DNA from: Rhodospirillales bacterium
Lineage (GTDB): Bacteria; Pseudomonadota; Alphaproteobacteria; Bin95
Length of the DNA stretch: 64,000 bases
Assembly (NCBI GenBank): GCA_038143065.1
Contig: JAYQLI010000035.1
Span: forward strand, 480,001-544,000
Direction of reading: 5' to 3'
In this document: in pieces, positions 1 to 10,648 of the stretch
How the letters are laid out: each line of letters begins with the position of its first letter
How positions within the stretch are numbered: the stretch's first letter is position 1
Program-made: the position numbers and the translations under genes
Notes under the pieces: model-generated
What the model saw: the letters and a program-made list of their open reading frames with translations, nothing else
Told to the model about the DNA's origin: nothing
The model's database searches: none

Positions 1-32
1 CCAAGGCTGCTTGATTGTTTGAAGTTTGTCAT
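1..32 (-). CDS. 5' end of an unidentified gene running off the window (MTNFKQSSSL...)
   Basis: ATG at 32-30 directly preceded by GAGG on the minus strand, downstream of tRNA-Ser. Too short to identify. Confidence 0.3.
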   Translation of the reverse strand, partial: MTNFKQSSSL

Positions 33-67
33 CCTCAATACAGATACTGATGGTTATCGCCAATTTA

Positions 68-157
68 TGGCGGAGAGAGAGGGATTCGAACCCTCGAAGG
101 ACTTGCGCCCTTAACGGTTTTCGAGACCGCCCCATTCAACCACTCTGGCACCTCTCC
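68..157 (-). tRNA. tRNA-Ser(CGA)
   Basis: Reverse complement GGAGAGGTGCCAGAGTGG...GCGGT-CTCGAAA-ACCGT...long variable arm...GGTTCGAATCC...CCGCCA. Anticodon CGA, CCA encoded. Confidence 0.97.
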
Positions 158-260
158 ATGGTGAGTTAGAGGTCTAACTCTCAAGGCCGCGGAAGTTAGC
201 TGAGTAGATAGGTGCGTGCAAGCGCTTGAAACTCTTTAAAACGGAAGTTCCTTCTACACG

Positions 261-938
261 TCATGCAACTGGTAAAAGTGTCGATACGTAAGTTTCCCTT
301 CGGGTTAGATTTGCCTGGAATTCCTTTTCAAAAACATCGGCTACTGACCCTTTAACAGTCTCACATTCCATTAAGTTTAATGCCCACTTCTTTGTATTGG
401 GATATGCATCTAATAGATGTGTTTTGAGGAACTGGTCAGCAAATAAAAAACGTTGAAAGAATGGGGCATACGCTGCGTCCACAAGACATAATTTGTCTCC
501 ACCAAAATATAGGCCTTCGCTCTTATCGACCGATAAGGCGTATTCAACGCGGTCCAGTCTCTTTGTGGCTGTTTCGTACAAAACCTCTGAATCAGCTTTA
601 GTTTTGGCGTAATAGACAGCAGAAAGACTTGCAGCAAAATCTGAAACAAAATCAGTCCAAGCCCTATGGCGTGCTTTTAATATTGGGTCAGATGGATGAA
701 GTCGTGGTTCAACTGCTTCGTCTAAGTATTCGGCAATAGCGTTTGACTCAAACAATGGCACTTCATCTACAAGTAACACTGGGACCTTGCCGTGAGGCGA
801 GATTTTTAGAAACCAGTCCGGCTTGTCACGAAGATTGATATAAGTGGTTTTAAATTTCACACCTTTTGCACGCAGGGCAATCACGGCCCTTTGAACCCAA
901 GGTCAGGTGTATGAACTAATTAAATGTAATTTAGGCAT
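261..938 (-). CDS. Glutathione S-transferase (Cys-GST/omega-like), probable selenoprotein with Sec at codon 12
   Basis: ATG at 938 with AAGGA RBS reads MPKLHLISSYT-TGA-PWVQRAVIAL, in frame with the called ORF (GKVPVL, LFESNAI GST motifs). The TGA (905-903) aligns with the C of the CP(W/Y)VQR active site. Confidence 0.9.
862..902 (-). promoter_or_regulatory. Putative bacterial SECIS element
   Basis: 12 nt after the UGA there is a 17-nt hairpin AGGGC-CGUGAUU-GCCCU with GU in the apical loop. A lower stem CCUU/AAGG is also possible. Confidence 0.65.
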
Positions 939-966
939 TTATTTTTTCCTTTGTAATCAATCATTC

Positions 967-2567
967 CTAATCAGCAGCATCTGCAAGAAGCATATCTGAA
1001 CCTTTTTCGCCTATCATAATTGCAGTGGAGTTAGTATTTGCTGTCGTAACTGCAGGCATTACTGATGCGTCAATGACACGGAGTCCTTGAACCCCACGGA
1101 CCTTTAATTGAGGATCCACTACGGCCATCTTGTCGTCTTCTGGTCCCATCTTACACACACCGACTGGGTGATAAATTGTATTGCCAGTTTGACGTGCAAA
1201 GTCAGCGATTTCATCGTCGGATTGAATCTCCCTGCCTGGTAAAGTTTCTCCTACAGAATACGGTTGGAACGCAGGTTGGGAAAAAATCTTTCGTGCTTGT
1301 CGAACTCCTTCAACTACGACGCGCACATCGTTTTCCGCGGACATGTAGTTAGGCCTAATTATTGGGTATTCTCTAGGATCTGAAGACTGCGCCATTATCG
1401 TCCCGCGGCTTTCAGGTCGGGCAATGGAACAGGCGATTGTCATTCCTGGTTCCTTTTCCAGCGCCCCAAATTTCTGGGGATCATAGCTCGCGGGTGAGAA
1501 GAGTAGTTGTATGTCAGGGCTAGCTAGGCCTTCACGACTATGGGTAAATACCTGAGCTGATGAAACACCAAAGGTAAGCGCCCCGCGTCCTTCAACGAAA
1601 AAAAGCGAACACCTTCGCGCATGAGGCGTAAGCCGCGAGACAATTGGTTTATCGAAACCGCATCTTTAGCTCTATGAGAGACACGAGCGATATAGTGGTC
1701 AGAAAGGTTTTGACCAACTCCAGGTAAATCATGGAGGGGTTCAACCCCAATAGTTTTTAAATGCTCAGCGGAGCCAACCCCTGATATTTGAAGAAGGTGC
1801 GGAGAGTTCACTGAGCCTCCAGCAAGAATTACTTCGGCGTTCGCCCTGACTTCGTTTGACTTATTGCCCTGAGAAAACGCTACTCCAATGCACTTTTTGC
1901 CCTCAAAAAGTAGTTTTGTTGCTAGCGCGTTAGTTATGATTTGAATATTTTCTTTATTCTTAACCTTCGAAAGATAAGTTTGAGCAGTTGAGCCACGCCT
2001 GCGGCCAATTTCTTGACATTTGGGAATACCCTACGCCAACACGCTCGTAGCCATTCAAGTCTTCTGCAAAAGGATGTCCAGCTTGTTGGGCAGCTTCGAC
2101 GAATTGGTGGGTTAATGGAAGAATCGTTCTGTAATCTTCTACCTGAAGAGGGCCATCCGCCCTCTGGTTTCACCAGTTCCTGATACGTAGCTTTCCGATC
2201 TTCTGAAGTAAGGTAAAACATCATCATATGACCAGCCACGGCACCCTGATTGCGCCCAGCTATCGTAGTCTGCCTGATGGCCTCTGATATAAAGCATGCC
2301 ATTGATTGAAGATGAACCACCTAAGGTTTTTCCTCTGGGCCAGTGGATTTCCCTTCCAGCAGTGCCTTTTTCGCCTTCTGAGTGATAATTCCAATTAAGC
2401 TTTGGATGATACAGCAGCTTTAGTATTCCAGCAGGAATATGTATCCATGGGTGAATGTCCTTTGGACCAGCTTCCAGAAGAACAACGTGCTTGCCTGCTT
2501 CTGCGAGACGCATTGCCACTACGCAGCCAGCAGAGCCTGCGCCTACTACAACATATTCTGCATTCAT
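967..2567 (-). CDS. GMC family oxidoreductase (choline dehydrogenase-like), split by frameshifts
   Basis: VVVGAGSAG FAD motif, RGKTLGGSSSING, GVGQNLSDH, YHPVGVCKMG, GLRVIDAS across ORF pieces 2139-2570, 1524-1811 and 967-1443. Confidence 0.9.
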
Positions 2568-2700
2568 CACTGGGCTCCTGGTAGCAACTCTTCACCCTGA
2601 ACAAACCATAGCTATTACATGAACTGCAACGGCAATTTTGCTTGCTCATCACTTAATGACAGATGATGATAACTAAAAAAAGCGGATAGGTGGGGGCTCG

Positions 2701-3476
2701 ATGTCTAAAACACGCAAAAAATTTGCAGATCAAGGATCCGTGATTGCTAGGGATCTAGGACTGAGCTTACCTGATGGTTCACCGGGACTTGCCGAATTTG
2801 CAGCTGAAGCTGGGTTCGCAAGTATTTGGGATAGACCCGCACTCTCCAAAGAAGATAGATTTTTCCCTGTATTGGCAACTCTCGCGGCTCTGGACAGGCA
2901 AGAAGTTCTGTCGGCTCACATCAAAGCGGCTTTGAATATTGGGTTAACGCCCAGAGCGATTCAGGAAATTATTATTCAATGTGCTCTCTATGGTGGTTTG
3001 CCTCTCGCAATTGCGGGGCTTGCGACTGCAAGCCAGGTGTTTGACGACCGCGGGCTTTCCAAACCCGAAACCCAAGCTATTGAAAACGACCAGGCTAACT
3101 GGACCTGTGATGAGCTTGCGCGAGAGGGACGGCGAATAATGAAGGAGTTGCATGGGGAACGTTCTGGTCAGGGTTATGCTGCTCCAGAAGACCCAGCTAC
3201 CTCTGCTCTTTATGAAGTAGCTATTCGTTATGGCTATGGGGTTATTTGGTCTCGGCCAGGGTTAACCTGGCGCCAGAGGATGTTAGTGGGTGTGGCAGCT
3301 TTTACCTCACTGCGTCTTTCTCAGACATTAACCAAATTTGCTGAGTCTGCACTTGGCCAAGGCCTATCCAGGAGCAGGTGGTTGAAGCCATAATGCAGAC
3401 AGCGCCTTATGGTGGGTTTCCACCTGCATTGACGGCTCTTTCTCAAGTTAAGCCAATACTGTTTCCAGATTCATGA
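2701..3476 (+). CDS. Tandem carboxymuconolactone decarboxylase (CMD/AhpD-like) domain protein
   Basis: Two repeats of IWxRPxL...ExIxQxAxYGGxP. One frameshift near 3370 restores EQVVEAIMQTAPYGGFPPA...* (stop 3476). Confidence 0.85.
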
Positions 3477-3682
3477 AGTGTATCTTCAAGCACGAGTACA
3501 CGAAGGGCGCTAGAGAGGTTGCCATTTCTTCTTTCATCAATTTCTGCAATCAGAGAATTCATTGAAACGCTGCGCTTAGAAGCAATAATCTTTAGCCTCT
3601 CCCAAAATGCGTTTTCTAAGCTGACGGAGGTCCGGTGCCCCTGCAGGGTAACGGAATGACGTCTTATTTCAGTGGGTTGCAT
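3443..3682 (-). CDS. Ribbon-helix-helix (RHH_4) domain protein
   Basis: RRHSVTLQGHRTSVSLENAFW...NLSSALR signature. Confidence 0.88.
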   Translation of the reverse strand: MQPTEIRRHSVTLQGHRTSVSLENAFWERLKIIASKRSVSMNSLIAEIDERRNGNLSSALRVLVLEDTLHESGNSIGLT

Positions 3683-3705
3683 ACGTCTGAATATCTGTAT
3701 CAGGG

Positions 3706-4314
3706 TTAAAGGGTAACGGTGTGAATGAATTTAGCTATCGCGTCTACACATTCATCTAAGTTATCGGAATGAGAGCGACCACTAGACCTACGAGGTTTTA
3801 GATCATGATCACCATCTTTTGACCAAAATATGTGAATTTTGGAGGAAATACAGTAACTCTCTACTTCATTTTTTGATCCGAACCTGTCGCGCTCACCCTG
3901 TACTATAAGGGTGGGTGTATTGAGGTTCAGTAAATGACTTGTTCGAGTATTTTCTGGCTTTCCAGGTGGATGAAAGGGGTAACCGACACAGATAAGGCCC
4001 GCCACTTTTAACCGATCTGCTATATGAGAAGCGACCCGACCTCCCATTGATTTTCCGCCAATCAGTGCGGCATTGCCATCTACTGCAGCGTAGATCTCAG
4101 AGAAGCGTTCCTCTAACCTTGGCATTCTATCCGGGGGTCTTCTTCGTCCATCAGACCTTTGTTTTTCCATGTAAGGAAACTCAAAACGGACGCAAGCGAC
4201 TGACCTCTCGGACAACTTAGTTGCGAAAGCTTCTAAAAATTGAGAATTCATTCCAGCGCCCGCACCATGCCCAAAAATCAGTATTGGAGCATTAGCGGGG
4301 CCTGTTCTAATCAT
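3706..4314 (-). CDS. Alpha/beta hydrolase (KANL3/Tex30-like)
   Basis: HGAGAGM, GGKSMGGR nucleophile elbow, GYPFHPPGK, QGERD, DGDH. Confidence 0.88.
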   Translation of the reverse strand: MIRTGPANAPILIFGHGAGAGMNSQFLEAFATKLSERSVACVRFEFPYMEKQRSDGRRRPPDRMPRLEERFSEIYAAVDGNAALIGGKSMGGRVASHIADRLKVAGLICVGYPFHPPGKPENTRTSHLLNLNTPTLIVQGERDRFGSKNEVESYCISSKIHIFWSKDGDHDLKPRRSSGRSHSDNLDECVDAIAKFIHTVTL

Positions 4315-4316
4315 AT

Positions 4317-5925
4317 CTAATTGGATGCAAAGAAGTCGTTGCCTTTATCGTCAGTGACTATAAATGCGGGAAAATCGACAACCTCTATGCGCCAGATCGC
4401 TTCCATTCCAAGTTCTGGATACTCTAATACTTCAACCTTTTTTATGTGTTGTTCTGCTAGACGTGCTGCACTGCCACCAATCGAGCCGAGGTAAAAACCA
4501 CCGTGCTTATCGCAGGCGTCGATAACTTGTTTTGACCGGTTGCCCTTAGCAAGCATTACCATACTGCCACCGGCAGCCTGAAACTGATCAACATAGGAGT
4601 CCATGCGCCCTGCGGTTGTTGGGCCAAAAGAACCGGACGCCATCCCCTCAGGGGTCTTGGCTGGCCCTGCGTAATATACAGGATGGTTTTTAAAATAATC
4701 CGGCATTGCTTCACCGGCATCAAGACGAGCTTTGATTTTGGCGTGAGCTAGGTCACGAGCCACTATTATAGGGCCGGTAAGCTTCAGGCGTGTCTTAATC
4801 GGATACTGAGAGAGGGTGTTTCTGATTTCGTCCATTGGACGATTAAGGTCAATATTTACGACCTCACCACCAAGTTGTTCCTGGTCCACCTCTGGAAGAT
4901 ACTGTGCAGGGTTAGTCTCAAGAGCCTCAAGAAAAACACCATTCTTAGTAATTTTACCTAAGGCCTGACGGTCTGCAGAGCAGGAAACGCCTATTCCGAT
5001 TGGAAGTGATGCCCCATGCCGTGGTAGACGAACAACACGTACATCGTGGCAAAAATATTTTCCGCCAAATTGGGCGCCAATGCCCATATTTTGGGTGAGT
5101 TCAAGAATAGTTTTTTCCATTTCAACGTCGCGAATTGCCTGACCGTGGACTCCACCTTTGGTGGTAAATGGTCGTAGTATTTTGTTGAGGCGAGTTTGAC
5201 TGTTTTAAGGTTCACTTCGGCGGATGTACCACCAATCACAATTGCCAAATGATATGGGGGCATGCAGCTGTACCAAGGGTTCTAATCTTTTCGTCAACAA
5301 ATTGTACTAAGCTATCCGCATTCAGAGTGGCAGGAGTGGCTTGATATAAAAAAGTCTTATTTGCTGAACCGCCACCTTTGGCAATGAACAAAAATTCATA
5401 AGCGTCACCATCGGTGGCATACAGATCAAATTGAACAGGGAGATTTGAGCCTGTATTTTTCTCTTCAAACATACTTATCGGAGAGAGTTGACTGTAGCGA
5501 AGGTTGTCCTCCTCGTACGTCTTGAATACTCCACGAGATAAGGCCTCTTCATCGCTGCTACCTGTCCAAATTTGTTGTCCCTTTTTGCCCATAATTATCG
5601 CTGTACCGGTGTCTTGACACATTGGGAGTACGCCACCGGCAGAAATATTGGCATTTTTGAGAAGGTCTACCGCAACAAATCTATCGTTTGCCGAAGCCTC
5701 CGGATCTTCCAGGATAGACGCTAATTGCTGGAGATGAGCTGGCCGAAGAAGATGCGAAATATCGTGAAATGCCTGTTTGGCCAGTAGTGTTAATGCCTCC
5801 GGTTCCACCACTACAACGTCTCTTCCATTAAAGTTTTCAACGCGTACGAAATCGCTGGTTAGTTTTCGGAATGGCGTATCTTCATGGGGAGCGTCGAACA
5901 TCGGACGATACTCGAAATCAGCCAT
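4317..5925 (-). CDS. fumA: Class I Fe-S fumarate hydratase (two frameshifts)
   Basis: [36 protein letters not shown] across three ORF pieces. Confidence 0.95.
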
Positions 5926-5961
5926 TAACTTATTCCTTAAGTAAAATTGAAAATTTGGATG

Positions 5962-6458
5962 TTATTTTTTGTTGCGAAATGCATCTAATGAAACAACTGT
6001 TCCGCTTTCTAAAGGTTCGCTTGCACCTTCAGGTGCCTGCGCACTTTCAATGGGAGCCTGATTTTGATCGGCTGGCGAAATTGAGTTGTCCAGCCCTTCT
6101 TCATTTTGAGGTTGAAAATGAAGTGCAAAATTTACCGCCGGATCAACAAAGGCTGTCACTGCGTCGAAAGGGATCTCAAGGCGCTCTGGGCGACGGTTAA
6201 ATCGAAGCGTCACCCCAAATCCTTCATCATCTATTTCGAGCGCATCAAATTGGTGCTGCAGAACAATGCTCATTTCTTCAGCGTATTGAGCCTTTAAATG
6301 ACTTGCGATTGATACTCGGGGTGTTCGGTTTGAAAGGTAATGTAAAAGTGATGTCGGTCTGGAAGACCTTCAGTGGCTGCAATTTCTAAAGCTGACCGCA
6401 CTACACCTTTTAGTGCAGCCTGCATGAGTTCACCGTAGTTAATTTCGGAAGCAGACAT
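5962..6458 (-). CDS. sspB: ClpXP adaptor SspB (frameshifted)
   Basis: HHFYITF.T, MSIVLQHQF, FVDPAV.F and C-terminal VVSLDAFRNKK typical of alphaproteobacterial SspB. Adjacent to ssrA. Confidence 0.92.
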
Positions 6459-6518
6459 TGGCTTTCCTGTTAAAATCGTGGTGCGGACATAACTCAGATT
6501 AGTCACGTCCATATAAAA

Positions 6519-6815
6519 GGCGAGGGGTTTTCTGTTGCCCGGTAACCCCCAAACCGCGCTTACTTAATTTACCTTACGGTAGATTACGCAGCGATTGCGA
6601 CTTCATTGTCGTTCGCAACTAGGTTTTTGAGCCGATAACGGCGGCATCGCACCGAGCAAAAACTACGTCTTTACCGCGCACGTCGAGCCTGGTTCGCCCC
6701 CATCAGAGCTAGTCGGACAATGCGCTAGCTAATTTGGTGGAGGCGCCGGGTACTGCCCCGGGTCCGTAACGCTTATTTCACGCAGCGTTTATCGCCATAG
6801 ACGGGCAAAGCCCGA
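6519..6815 (-). ncRNA. ssrA: Circularly permuted two-piece tmRNA, tag ANDNEVAIAA* (6616-6584); outer ends approximate
   Basis: Acceptor piece ends ...GGCAGTACCCGGCGCCTCCACCA (6735), then a 33-nt intervening hairpin, then the coding piece starting GGGGGCGAA..AGGCTCGAC (6701) with the tag frame GCG AAC GAC AAT...GCT GCG TAA. Confidence 0.95.
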
Positions 6816-6900
6816 CATCTAGGAATATACGCGTGATCACCCCATGTTAAAAGTGCATTGATCAAGTTAGATCTGGTTTTTCAGTGGAGTGGGGATAGCC

Positions 6901-7836
6901 ATGGCAGAAATTAGTGCAGAAGACAGAGATGCCTTGATGGCGGCTCAAAGCATGAGCGCTAAAACTAAACGGGCTACTGTGCCTGCGCTTGAAGAAATTT
7001 TGTATGAACCATTACCTGTTCTGGATCACGGCTTTATTCGAGTGGTTGATTATATGGGGGATGATGCTGCAATAGTGCAGGCAGCGAGAGTTTCTTATGG
7101 AAAAGGTACACGACAGGCGTCCCAAGACGAGGGGCTAATTCGCTATTTGATGCGTCACAGACACACTTCACCTTTTGAGATGTGCGAAATCAAGCTTCAT
7201 GTAAAGTTGCCGATGTTTATCGCAAGGCAATGGATACGTCATCGTACGGCCAACGTTAATGAATACTCCGCTCGTTATTCCATTTTAGATAAAGAGTTTT
7301 ACGTTCCAGCGGCTGATCAGCTTGCGGTTCAGTCGTCAATAAATAATCAAGGCCGGGGCGAAGCAATAAATCGTAATGATGCGGAAAAAATCTTAGATTT
7401 GATGAAGAGAGATGCCGCACAGGCTTTCAACTCCTATGAGCAATTAATCAATTCGGATGCAGATGGAAAGCCAGTAGACGCGGAACGCCCCGCTTTGGCT
7501 CGCGAATTAGCGCGAATTGGACTGCCACTCTCAACGTACACGCAATGGTACTGGAAAACAGACTTACATAACTTGTTTCATTTCATGGCGTTGCGTGCAG
7601 ATTCTCATGCGCAATATGAAATTCGTGTGTACGCTGACGTTATTCGAGATATCGCCAACAGGTGGGTTCCTTTGGCTTCTAAAGCATTTGAGGATTACCG
7701 TCTGCATGGAGTTGAGCTATCCAGGGATGCAATAGATGTAGTGCGTCGCCGTTTGCGTGGTGAGAATGTAGAAAGAGAAACTACGGGTTTGAGCCTTCGT
7801 GAATGGAGAGAGTTGCAAGATCTCCTGGGCGAGTAA
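6901..7836 (+). CDS. thyX: FAD-dependent thymidylate synthase
   Basis: HRHTSPFE and [16 protein letters not shown] ThyX motif. Confidence 0.97.
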   Translation: MAEISAEDRDALMAAQSMSAKTKRATVPALEEILYEPLPVLDHGFIRVVDYMGDDAAIVQAARVSYGKGTRQASQDEGLIRYLMRHRHTSPFEMCEIKLHVKLPMFIARQWIRHRTANVNEYSARYSILDKEFYVPAADQLAVQSSINNQGRGEAINRNDAEKILDLMKRDAAQAFNSYEQLINSDADGKPVDAERPALARELARIGLPLSTYTQWYWKTDLHNLFHFMALRADSHAQYEIRVYADVIRDIANRWVPLASKAFEDYRLHGVELSRDAIDVVRRRLRGENVERETTGLSLREWRELQDLLGE

Positions 7837-8055
7837 ATTATCAATTTAACCCAGCAGCCTATCGTTCTCTTAGGTATTTTAGTGGAGTTGAATGGATGAA
7901 GAGCAAATCTTCTGTGTTGGCTCTGCTGCTTTTTACGCAGCCAAAATAATGCTTATCGTTGATTTAAAGCATTTTTACAGTCATAAGTTTGGCATTGTAA
8001 GGAACGGATCCCGTCTGGACTAAAAAAGTTCCAAAAAAACACGTTAGGGTAGGTA

Positions 8056-8931
8056 ATGGACGAAAACCGAATTGTTGAAGCGGTAAATCTCAAGATCCAT
8101 TTTCCGCTGGAGGAAATAACGGTTAAAGCCGTTGATGGTGTGAGCTTCCACATAGACCGTGGCGAGACTCTAGCAGTAGTTGGGGAGTCAGGCTCCGGTA
8201 AGTCTGTTACCGCTATGGGGCTTATGCGTTTGAATGACTACGCTGGCGGAAAGATAGTCGGCGGGGAGGCGCGCCTGCGCAGACCCAATGGAGAAATCGT
8301 AGATTTGGTTGGTTCCGATCAAGAAGTGATGCGCTCTATCCGGGGCAATAACATTTCCATGATTTTCCAAGAGCCGATGACGAGTTTGAATCCGGTCTAC
8401 ACGGTTGGAAATCAAATTATGGAAACGATAATGCTGCATCAGCAAAAGTCGGAAGAAGAAGCCCGCGAGACTGCCTTAGAGATGCTGCAACTTGTGCGTA
8501 TTCCAGAGCCGGCTAAGCAATTGGAGCAATATCCTCATCATCTTTCGGGTGGGATGCGCCAACGCGTAATGATTGCAATGGCGTTATCATGTCGTCCGGA
8601 TCTCCTAATTGCCGACGAGCCTACTACTGCGCTAGATGTAACTATTCAGGCTCAAATTCTAGATCTTATTCGACATCTTCAAAAAGAAATTGGTATGGCT
8701 GTCATGTTCATCACTCATGACATGGGGGTCGTTGCCGAAATGGCTGATCGTGTTTTGGTCATGTACAAGGGGCATAAAATGGAAGAGGGATCAGTGGACC
8801 AAATCTTCCACGCTCCTGAGCATCCTTACACAAAAGCTCTGTTGAATGCTGTTCCCAAACTTGGGTCAATGCAGGGTAAATCACAACCTGAACCGTTCCC
8901 CGATGTCGTCATTGATGGAAATGCGGCTTGA
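8056..8931 (+). CDS. Peptide/oligopeptide ABC transporter ATP-binding protein (DppD-like)
   Basis: [27 protein letters not shown]. Confidence 0.92.
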   Translation: MDENRIVEAVNLKIHFPLEEITVKAVDGVSFHIDRGETLAVVGESGSGKSVTAMGLMRLNDYAGGKIVGGEARLRRPNGEIVDLVGSDQEVMRSIRGNNISMIFQEPMTSLNPVYTVGNQIMETIMLHQQKSEEEARETALEMLQLVRIPEPAKQLEQYPHHLSGGMRQRVMIAMALSCRPDLLIADEPTTALDVTIQAQILDLIRHLQKEIGMAVMFITHDMGVVAEMADRVLVMYKGHKMEEGSVDQIFHAPEHPYTKALLNAVPKLGSMQGKSQPEPFPDVVIDGNAA

Positions 8932-8950
8932 ATAAAACGGACATAATAGA

Positions 8951-9888
8951 ATGTTAGACAATTCTTCTGATCAGCAGCCAATTATCGAGGCTAAAGACCT
9001 AACTACCCGTTTTGATATCAAATCAGGGATGTTCGGTAAGGTAACAGGGCGCGTTCATGCCGTTGAAGGGGTTAACTTCCACGTTAATCCGAAGGAAACA
9101 CTTTCATTGGTTGGGAGTCAGGTTGCGGAAAGTCGACGACAGGTCGATCACTTCTTAAGCTTGTTGAGCCAACGAGAGGAAAGGTTATCTTTGAAGGAGA
9201 GGACATTACGGACTTTTCGGCGACGCAGATGCGTGCAATCCGTCCGCAACTTCAGATGATTTTCCAGGACCCCTTTGCTAGCTTAAATCCTCGCTTAACT
9301 GCCGGTGCTGCCATTGCTGAACCAATGAAAGTTCATGGTATTGCTTCAGGTTCTGAACTTAAAGATAGGGTTGCCTCTTTGTTGCGTAGGGTGGGATTGC
9401 CTCCTGAGTACGCGCAGCGTTTTCCTCATGAGTTCTCTGGTGGCCAGCGTCAGCGGATTTGTATAGCTCGTGCCCTGGGGCTTAATCCAAGAATGATTGT
9501 TGCTGACGAGGCAGTGTCGGCACTTGACGTGACTATCAAAGCTCAAGTCATTAATTTAATGATGGAATTACAAGACGAGTTTGATATTGCGTTCTTGTTT
9601 ATCTCCCATGATATGGCCGTTGTGGAAAGAATAAGCCACCGGGTTGCAGTTATGTATCTCGGTCAAATTGTTGAGCTTGGTACGCGTCAGGCAGTGTTTG
9701 AAAATCCAACACATCCTTATACAAAGAAGTTGTTGGCTGCTGTTCCCGTCGCAGACCCTAGAGAGCGCAACTTGAACCGTGCTTTGAATGCAGACGAAAT
9801 TCCCAGTCCGGTAAAGCCAGTGGGTTTTGAGCCTAACTTAGTTAAGATGGAAGAAATTGCCCCTGGGCATTTTGTATTGCCTCATTAA
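8951..9888 (+). CDS. Peptide ABC transporter ATP-binding protein (DppF-like), frameshifted near 9115
   Basis: Walker A broken at GGGAG, then [22 protein letters not shown]. Confidence 0.9.
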
Positions 9889-9964
9889 TTTGGATTATAG
9901 GCTGGACCTGCAATGTTCCTGCGCGTAGAACGCGCTTAATACAAAGAACCTGGATATTAGTTCT

Positions 9965-10648
9965 ATGAACGTTATTCGCCTCGACGCGGCGGAGCCTCTG
10001 CGGCTCGCGCTGCCTAAAGGTCGTATTCTTAAAGAGTTAAGGCCAATTCTCGAGGCTGCAGATATTCATCCAGAAGCAGCGTTTGAGGACCCTGAAACAC
10101 GTAAATTACGTTTTTCAACCAATATCCCGGGGTTGGAAATTGTTCGGGTGCGCAGCTTTGATGTTGCAAGTTTTGTTGCGTTTGGAGGAGCAGATTTCGG
10201 TATTGCAGGTCGGGACGTTGTTATGGAATTCAATGATCCGGAGGTTTATGCGCCTCTTGATCTCGGGATTGGATATTGTCGGCTTGCGGTTGCCGAGCCG
10301 GCAGCAATGGCTCCAGAGGATGACCCCACACGGTGGAGCCACGTTCGCATAGCAACTAAGTATCCGAATATAACTGCCAAGCACTTTGCTGCGCGTGGAG
10401 TGCAGGCAGAGTGTATTAAGCTAAACGGTGCTATGGAATTAGCCCCAGTTCTAGGGCTCTGTTCTCGTATTGTAGATTTAGTTTCAACTGGGTCTACACT
10501 TAAGGCTAATGGACTAGTTGAAATAGAGCATATTGCTGATATTTCTTCGTTATTGATCGTTAATCGCACACAGATGAAGACCCGTTCACATCTGATGAGA
10601 GGGTGGATAGAACGATTCCGGAGTGCACTTAATGCCCAGGTGGCTTGA
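9965..10648 (+). CDS. hisG: ATP phosphoribosyltransferase, short form
   Basis: [39 protein letters not shown]. Confidence 0.96.
   Translation: MNVIRLDAAEPLRLALPKGRILKELRPILEAADIHPEAAFEDPETRKLRFSTNIPGLEIVRVRSFDVASFVAFGGADFGIAGRDVVMEFNDPEVYAPLDLGIGYCRLAVAEPAAMAPEDDPTRWSHVRIATKYPNITAKHFAARGVQAECIKLNGAMELAPVLGLCSRIVDLVSTGSTLKANGLVEIEHIADISSLLIVNRTQMKTRSHLMRGWIERFRSALNAQVA

Noticed and set aside
4317-5925. Programmed frameshifting or a naturally split alpha/beta fumarase
   Set aside because: The breaks fall inside conserved motifs (e.g. ACPPYHL at a C-run) and match the window-wide indel pattern.
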